Source: Candidatus Eiseniibacteriota bacterium (lineage in GTDB: Bacteria; Eisenbacteria; RBG-16-71-46; JABDJR01). Taken from it: 64,000 nt of DNA. Below, one piece after another: positions 59,067 to 64,000 of this stretch. Position numbers and translations under genes: made by a program. The stretch spans positions 437,840-501,839 of the forward strand of contig CAVSKL010000004.1 of the NCBI GenBank assembly GCA_963728475.1. Reading direction: 5' to 3'. Positions within the stretch are counted from its first letter, which is position 1. Every line of letters starts with the position of its first letter. A model generated the notes under the pieces. That model was not told the DNA's origin. It searched no databases and worked only from the letters and a program-made list of their open reading frames with translations.

Positions 59067-60500
59067 ATGAGCGCCATGGAAAATGAACTCCGGGAACGAC
59101 TTCGTCGCCTTCCCGGGGTCGACGCCGTCCTGGCGATCCTGGCCCTCGATCCTCCCCCCGCGGCCCCCCGGCTGCTCACGCGGCTCGTGCGCCGGGTGGT
59201 GGAGGAGGCCCGGACGGCCATCCGGGCGGGGCGGGCCGGATCCGGGACTCCCACGGCGGAGACCCTGGCCGCGCGCGTCCGGGAACGGCTGGACGAGCTG
59301 GCGACGCCGCGCCCGGAACGGGTGGTCAACGCGACCGGGGTGCTGATCCACACCAACCTGGGCCGGGCTCCGCTGGCGGCGTCGGTGGTGGATCATCTGA
59401 GCCGCGTGGCGGCAGGGTACTCGGACCTGGAGATGGACGTGGAAGCGGGACAGCGGGGATCGCGCCAGGCGCATGTGATCGAGCTCCTCACCCTGCTCAC
59501 CGGGGCCGAGGACGCGCTGGTCGTGAACAACAATGCGGCGGCGGTGATGCTCGCCCTGGCCGCGCTCGCCCGGGACCGCGAGGTGGTGATCTCCCGCGGC
59601 GAGCTGATCGAGATCGGGGGCTCGTTCCGGATCCCGGAGATCCTGGAGCAGAGCGGGGCGCGGCTTCGCGAGGTCGGCACCACCAACCGGACCCACCCGC
59701 GGGACTTCGAGGCGGCAGCGGGGCCGGAGACCGGGCTCCTGCTCAAGGTCCATACCTCCAACTACCGGGTGGAGGGATTCACCGCCGAGGTCCCGCTGAG
59801 CGAGTTGGTGGAGATCGGACGCCGAAACCGGGTGCCGGTTCTGGTAGATTTGGGCAGCGGGGCGCTGGCCGACGTGGCCGCCGCGGGCATTCGCCCCGAG
59901 CCGCTGGTGGCGGACGTGGTCGCGGAAGGGCCGGACCTGGTCACCTTCAGCGGAGACAAGCTGCTCGGCGGTCCGCAGGCCGGGATCGTGGTGGGCACGA
60001 AGGAGGCGGTGGCGCGCCTCCGGAACCACCCGCTGGCCCGGGCGGTCCGCATCGACAAGTTGCTGCTGGCGGCGTTGCAGGCCACGCTCGCCGCCTATCT
60101 GGACGAGGAGCGCGCGCGTCGCGAGATCCCCGTCCTGCGCATGATCTTCGAGGCCCCGGACGCGGTCCGGGCCCGGGCCGAGTCGCTGGCCCGCGCCATC
60201 CGCGAGACCGTGCCGGAGCCCGCTCCACGGGTGATGGTGGAGGACGCGAAAGGAGCGGTCGGGGGCGGCACCCTGCCCCTGGAGGGACTCACCACCAGCG
60301 TGGTGAGCCTCGATCCCGCTCCCCACGCCACCGCGGCCCGCTTCGAGCGGGCGCTACGGCACGTTCGGCCGGCCCTGTTGGGCCGGATCCGGGAGGAAAA
60401 GGTTCTCCTGGACCTGCGGACGGTGGCCGTGGAGGAGGAGGGCCTGATCCCGGGTCTCGTGCGCGAGGCCTGGGCCACGGTCGTGTCCAGAGGAGCCTAG
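59067..60500 (+). CDS. selA: L-seryl-tRNA(Sec) selenium transferase
   Basis: SelA family architecture with the PLP-lysine region (VTFSGDKLLGGPQAG) and an N-terminal tRNA-binding domain, full length. Confidence 0.8.
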   Translation: MSAMENELRERLRRLPGVDAVLAILALDPPPAAPRLLTRLVRRVVEEARTAIRAGRAGSGTPTAETLAARVRERLDELATPRPERVVNATGVLIHTNLGRAPLAASVVDHLSRVAAGYSDLEMDVEAGQRGSRQAHVIELLTLLTGAEDALVVNNNAAAVMLALAALARDREVVISRGELIEIGGSFRIPEILEQSGARLREVGTTNRTHPRDFEAAAGPETGLLLKVHTSNYRVEGFTAEVPLSELVEIGRRNRVPVLVDLGSGALADVAAAGIRPEPLVADVVAEGPDLVTFSGDKLLGGPQAGIVVGTKEAVARLRNHPLARAVRIDKLLLAALQATLAAYLDEERARREIPVLRMIFEAPDAVRARAESLARAIRETVPEPAPRVMVEDAKGAVGGGTLPLEGLTTSVVSLDPAPHATAARFERALRHVRPALLGRIREEKVLLDLRTVAVEEEGLIPGLVREAWATVVSRGA

Positions 60501-60504
60501 GAAC

Positions 60505-63500
60505 GTGTTCGTTGAAAAGCTGAGCCTGTTCGGCTTCAAGTCCTTCAATCGGAAGATCTCCCTCGACTTCGGCCCCGGCATCTCCGGGGTGATCGGTCCC
60601 AACGGTTGCGGCAAGAGCAACATCGTGGACGCCATGCGCTGGGTGCTGGGGGAGCAATCCACCAAGCAGCTTCGCGGCGCCAAGATGGAGGACGTGATCT
60701 TCAACGGCAGCCGCGACGAGAAGCCCCTGTCGCTGGCGGAGGTGGAACTCACCCTCAACAACGATCGCGGCCGCCTCCCGGTGGAGTACACCACGGTGAC
60801 CGTGGGCCGCCGGTTGTACCGCTCCGGCCAGTCCGAGTACACCATCAACAAGCAGCCGGTCCGCCTCAAGGACGTGCGCGACCTGTTCCTGGACACGGGG
60901 ATGGGAAGCCACGCCTACTCGGTGATCGAGCGGCAAATGGTCGACAACATCCTCTCGGACACCACCGGCCACCGCCGCTTCCTGTTCGAGGAGGCGGCCG
61001 GGATCATGAAGTACAAGACCCGGAAGAAGGAGGCGCTGGCCAAGCTCGAGGCCACCGATCGCGACCTCCTGCGGGTCAACGACATCATCAGCGAGGTGGA
61101 GCGCCAGGTGGCGTCGCTCAAGCGCCAGGTCGGCAAGGCCCGCCGCTACCGCGAACTCCGGGACGAGATCCGCGACATCGACCTCGCCTGGTCCCAAGGC
61201 CAGCGGCGGGAGTGGCTCCAGCGGGCCGGCGAGCTGGAGGGCCTCCTCCGCGATTCCCTCCGCGCCGCCGAATCCGGCGAGACCGAGGTCGCGCGCCTGG
61301 AAGCGCATCTCCAGGAACTCCACCTGGTGGTGCTGGAGGAGGAGCGGAAACTCTCGGAGGCCCGCGAGCTCTTGGCCCAGGTGGACGACGAGATCGGCCG
61401 CGCCAACAGCCGGGTCCTGGTGCTCCGCGAACGGCTGGATTCCACCCGGACCCGGATCCGCGAGGCCCAGGACCTCAAGGTCCGCCTGGTGGATCGCCTG
61501 GAGCGGAACGTGCTCGGCGCCCGCGAGGTGGAGGAGCGCCTCGGCGGTCTCACCGCCCGCGAAGGCGAGGAACGCGGTGGTCTGGACCGGGCCGAGGCCG
61601 GACTCCGCGAGGCCGAAACCCGGGTGCGGACGCTGCGGGAAGACGTGGCGGCGCGGACCCGCGAGGCGGCGCGCCTCCGCGACGAGCGCATTCGCGCCGA
61701 GGGCGAGGTCGAAACCGCGGGGCGGCGGATCGAGGACCTGGAGAGCCGGTTGGCCGGGAACGCGGATCGCCGGGCCGAGGCCGCCCGCCGGGTGGACGAG
61801 ACGGCGGCGGCGTGGGATGTCTCCCGAGGGAACGCGGCGCGGGCCCGGGAGCGGGTGGAGGGCCTGGAGGGATCCGAGCGCGAGCTGGGGAATCGATTCG
61901 CGGATCTGGAGGGCCGCACCGAGACCCTGCGCGCGGAGACCGCCCAGGCCCGCCAGGCCGAGGCCGCCGCGCGCTCGCGGCTCAGCACCCTGGAAAGCCT
62001 CCGCGCCCGCTACGAAGGGTACGACCAGGGCGTGCGCGCGCTCATGCTCGACGCCGAGCGCGACCCGGGGGTGCTGGGGACCCTCGGCGACCTGCTCCAG
62101 ATCCCCGGGGAATGGGTGGGCGCCCTCGAGCCGGCCCTGAGCGCCGCCTGGCAGTACGTGGTGGTGCGGGATACCGCCACCGCCCGCCGGGTGCTGGACC
62201 GCCTTCGCGGGGAGTCGCTGGGCTACGCCACCCTCATCGCGCTGGACCGCGTACCCGAGGCCCCGGCGCCGGACGGTTCGCTGCTCCGGGCGTCGGAGGC
62301 GGTGGAGACCGCCGGCGAGTATCGCGCCCTCGTCCGCTATCTCCTCGGCGACCTCGCGCTGGTCGCGGATCTGGACCAGGCCCTGGACGCCACCGCGACC
62401 GGACGTGCGGCGCGCGCCGCCACCCGGGACGGCCGGTTCGTGAGCGGGCCGGCGCTGGCCGGGGGCGTGGGCGGACCTGCCGGCGCCGAGCTTCTGGAAC
62501 GGCAGGAAGGGCTGGAGCGTTGCCGGATCGAGATCGAGAGCCTGCTCGAGAGCCTGGGCGGCCTCACCCGCCGCGAAGAGGCGCTACGGGCGGAGCGCGA
62601 GGGCCTCGAGGCCGACCGCACGGCGCTGGTGGAAGACCTGGAAAACGCGCGACGCGCCCGCGCCGCCCTGGAGAAGGAAGAAGCCGCCTTGGAGCGTGAG
62701 GCCCGGCATGCCGCCGGGAGCCTCCGCGAGACCGACGAGGAGCGCGAGCGCCTCGAGACCGCCCGGAACCGGCTGGCGGAGGAGCGGGAGCGCCTCGGTG
62801 AACGTTCCGCGGCGGTGGCGACCGCGTCCGAGGCCGCCGGCTTGGAGTCCGTCCGCATCGAGACCGTGCTCGCCGAGGCCGAGGCGCTTCGGGAAGAGGT
62901 GCTTACCGGGGTCCACGAGATGCGGATGAGCTGGGCGCGGCTGGAGTCGGATCTCAAGGAAGCGCGCGCCGCCCGCGACCGGCTGGCCCAGGAGGCGCGG
63001 GACCTGGAGGCGGAGCACGAGCGCACCCGCAAGGACGAGGAAGACGCGGTCGAGCGGGTGGGCGAGATCGAGGAGGAGCTCCAGACCCGGGGCGGTGAGA
63101 TCCAGGAGCTTCATCGCCGGCGGGACGAACGGGTAGCGGTGGTGGAGACCCGCGAACGGGAAAAGAGCGACGCCGCCGCCCGGGAGCAGCAGGATGCCGA
63201 CACCCTTCGCGAGGTCCGGCGCCGGGCCGGGCAGGCACGGCAGGCCGCCCACGGGCAGGAACTGAGCCTCAGCGGAATCCGAAGCGACCTCAAGCACCTG
63301 GAGGACCGGGTCCGCGAGGAATACGAGGTGGAGCCCGAGGCTCTGGACCGGATCGCCTCGCGGGAGCTCTCCGAGGACGTGCTGGCCGATCTTCACGAGA
63401 AGAAGGAACGGTTGAAGCGGATCGGGCCGGTGAACCTGCTGGCGGTGGAGGAGTACGAGGAGAAGCGGGAGCGGTTCGAGTTCATGTCCACCCAGCGCGA

Positions 63501-63999
63501 CGACCTCTACCGGGCCAAGGACTCGCTGGTCAAGACCATCGACCAGATCAACAAGACGGCCTCGCTCCGGTTCCTGGAAACCTTCAAGGAGGTCCAGGCC
63601 AATTTCCAGAAGACGTTCCAGGTGCTCTTCCAGGGAGGGGAGTGCGCCATCAACCTGGTGGGGGACGATCCCCTGGAAGCGGACATCGACGTGGCCGCCC
63701 GGCCGCGGGGGAAGCGCCCCCAGGGCATCCAACAGCTCTCGAGCGGCGAGCGGGCGTTGACCGCGATCGCGCTCCTGTTCGCGATCTACCTGGTCAAACC
63801 CTCGCCCTTCTGCATCCTGGACGAGGTGGACGCGCCGCTCGACGATGCCAACATCGACCGCTTCGTGGCCATGGTCCAGGAGTTCTCCAAGCGCACCCAG
63901 TTCATCGTCATCACCCACAACAAGAAGACCATGGAGGCCGCCGACTGCCTGTACGGCGTGACCATGCAGCGGCCCGGGGTGTCGAGCGTGGTGTCGGTG
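60505..63999 (+). CDS. smc: chromosome segregation protein SMC, 3'-truncated by window edge (last few codons missing)
   Basis: GTG 60505 follows the selA stop. N-terminal Walker A GPNGCGKSN, long coiled coils, a hinge, then signature LSSGERALTAIALLFAI, Walker B FCILDEVDAPLDD and the D-loop. The ORF is open to position 64000 and is absent from the ORF track because no stop lies within the window. Confidence 0.9.
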   Translation, partial: MFVEKLSLFGFKSFNRKISLDFGPGISGVIGPNGCGKSNIVDAMRWVLGEQSTKQLRGAKMEDVIFNGSRDEKPLSLAEVELTLNNDRGRLPVEYTTVTVGRRLYRSGQSEYTINKQPVRLKDVRDLFLDTGMGSHAYSVIERQMVDNILSDTTGHRRFLFEEAAGIMKYKTRKKEALAKLEATDRDLLRVNDIISEVERQVASLKRQVGKARRYRELRDEIRDIDLAWSQGQRREWLQRAGELEGLLRDSLRAAESGETEVARLEAHLQELHLVVLEEERKLSEARELLAQVDDEIGRANSRVLVLRERLDSTRTRIREAQDLKVRLVDRLERNVLGAREVEERLGGLTAREGEERGGLDRAEAGLREAETRVRTLREDVAARTREAARLRDERIRAEGEVETAGRRIEDLESRLAGNADRRAEAARRVDETAAAWDVSRGNAARARERVEGLEGSERELGNRFADLEGRTETLRAETAQARQAEAAARSRLSTLESLRARYEGYDQGVRALMLDAERDPGVLGTLGDLLQIPGEWVGALEPALSAAWQYVVVRDTATARRVLDRLRGESLGYATLIALDRVPEAPAPDGSLLRASEAVETAGEYRALVRYLLGDLALVADLDQALDATATGRAARAATRDGRFVSGPALAGGVGGPAGAELLERQEGLERCRIEIESLLESLGGLTRREEALRAEREGLEADRTALVEDLENARRARAALEKEEAALEREARHAAGSLRETDEERERLETARNRLAEERERLGERSAAVATASEAAGLESVRIETVLAEAEALREEVLTGVHEMRMSWARLESDLKEARAARDRLAQEARDLEAEHERTRKDEEDAVERVGEIEEELQTRGGEIQELHRRRDERVAVVETREREKSDAAAREQQDADTLREVRRRAGQARQAAHGQELSLSGIRSDLKHLEDRVREEYEVEPEALDRIASRELSEDVLADLHEKKERLKRIGPVNLLAVEEYEEKRERFEFMSTQRDDLYRAKDSLVKTIDQINKTASLRFLETFKEVQANFQKTFQVLFQGGECAINLVGDDPLEADIDVAARPRGKRPQGIQQLSSGERALTAIALLFAIYLVKPSPFCILDEVDAPLDDANIDRFVAMVQEFSKRTQFIVITHNKKTMEAADCLYGVTMQRPGVSSVVSV

Positions 64000-64000
64000 A

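Overview
This 64-kb window is very GC-rich and looks like a bacterial chromosomal segment. Dense, mostly co-directional core genes are interrupted by a few accessory patches.

Main content, in order:
- A 5'-truncated HAD hydrolase gene.
- tRNA-Arg(ACG), followed by a gamma-carbonic-anhydrase-like gene, a lipoprotein gene and tadA.
- tRNA-Ser(GGA) with a 110-bp tandem repeat that re-creates the tRNA 3' end.
- A gene for a secreted hydrolase-like protein with a T9SS-type C-terminal sorting domain.
- A ~2-kb gene-free, repeat-dense tRNA region. It holds tRNA-Ser(CGA) with 110-bp repeats x3.5, a 221-bp palindromic tandem repeat, tRNA-Ala(CGC) and a 28-bp C-rich repeat x8.
- The conserved block SRP RNA-dnaX-ybaB-recR, then pgpA.
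- A complete Alternative Complex III (actABCDEF), immediately followed by SCO1 and a caa3-type cytochrome c oxidase (subunits II, I, III, IV), then cinA.
- A translationally coupled operon of unknown function: DUF2087, GNAT acetyltransferase, ThpR 2H-phosphoesterase and DUF1499, followed by an ICMT-like methyltransferase.
- A convergent secreted aspartic-protease/PDZ protein and an FAD disulfide oxidoreductase.
- recA-recX.
- A lower-GC CFA-synthase-like methyltransferase (probable HGT).
- A T9SS-CTD protein and two large paralogous tail-fibre-like repeat proteins.
- alaS, then a large polytopic membrane protein on the minus strand.
- A coupled rmlA(long)-rmlD-gmhA-UbiA/DPPRS-ispE operon.
- spoVG, prs, rplY, pth, hppA, rpsF-rpsR-rplI, a PpiC-type PPIase, a bifunctional nuclease, tonB(-), selA and a nearly complete smc that runs off the 3' edge.

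Two genes (dnaX and the PPIase) change reading frame at C7/G7 homopolymers. This suggests homopolymer indel errors in the assembly.

The most unusual features are the tRNA-Ser-linked 110-bp elements that each regenerate the tRNA 3' end, at two loci. The surrounding repeat island is the next most unusual. No CRISPR array, integrase, transposase or recognisable defence genes were seen.

All calls rest on reading the translations and the sequence by eye. No database searches or computations were run.
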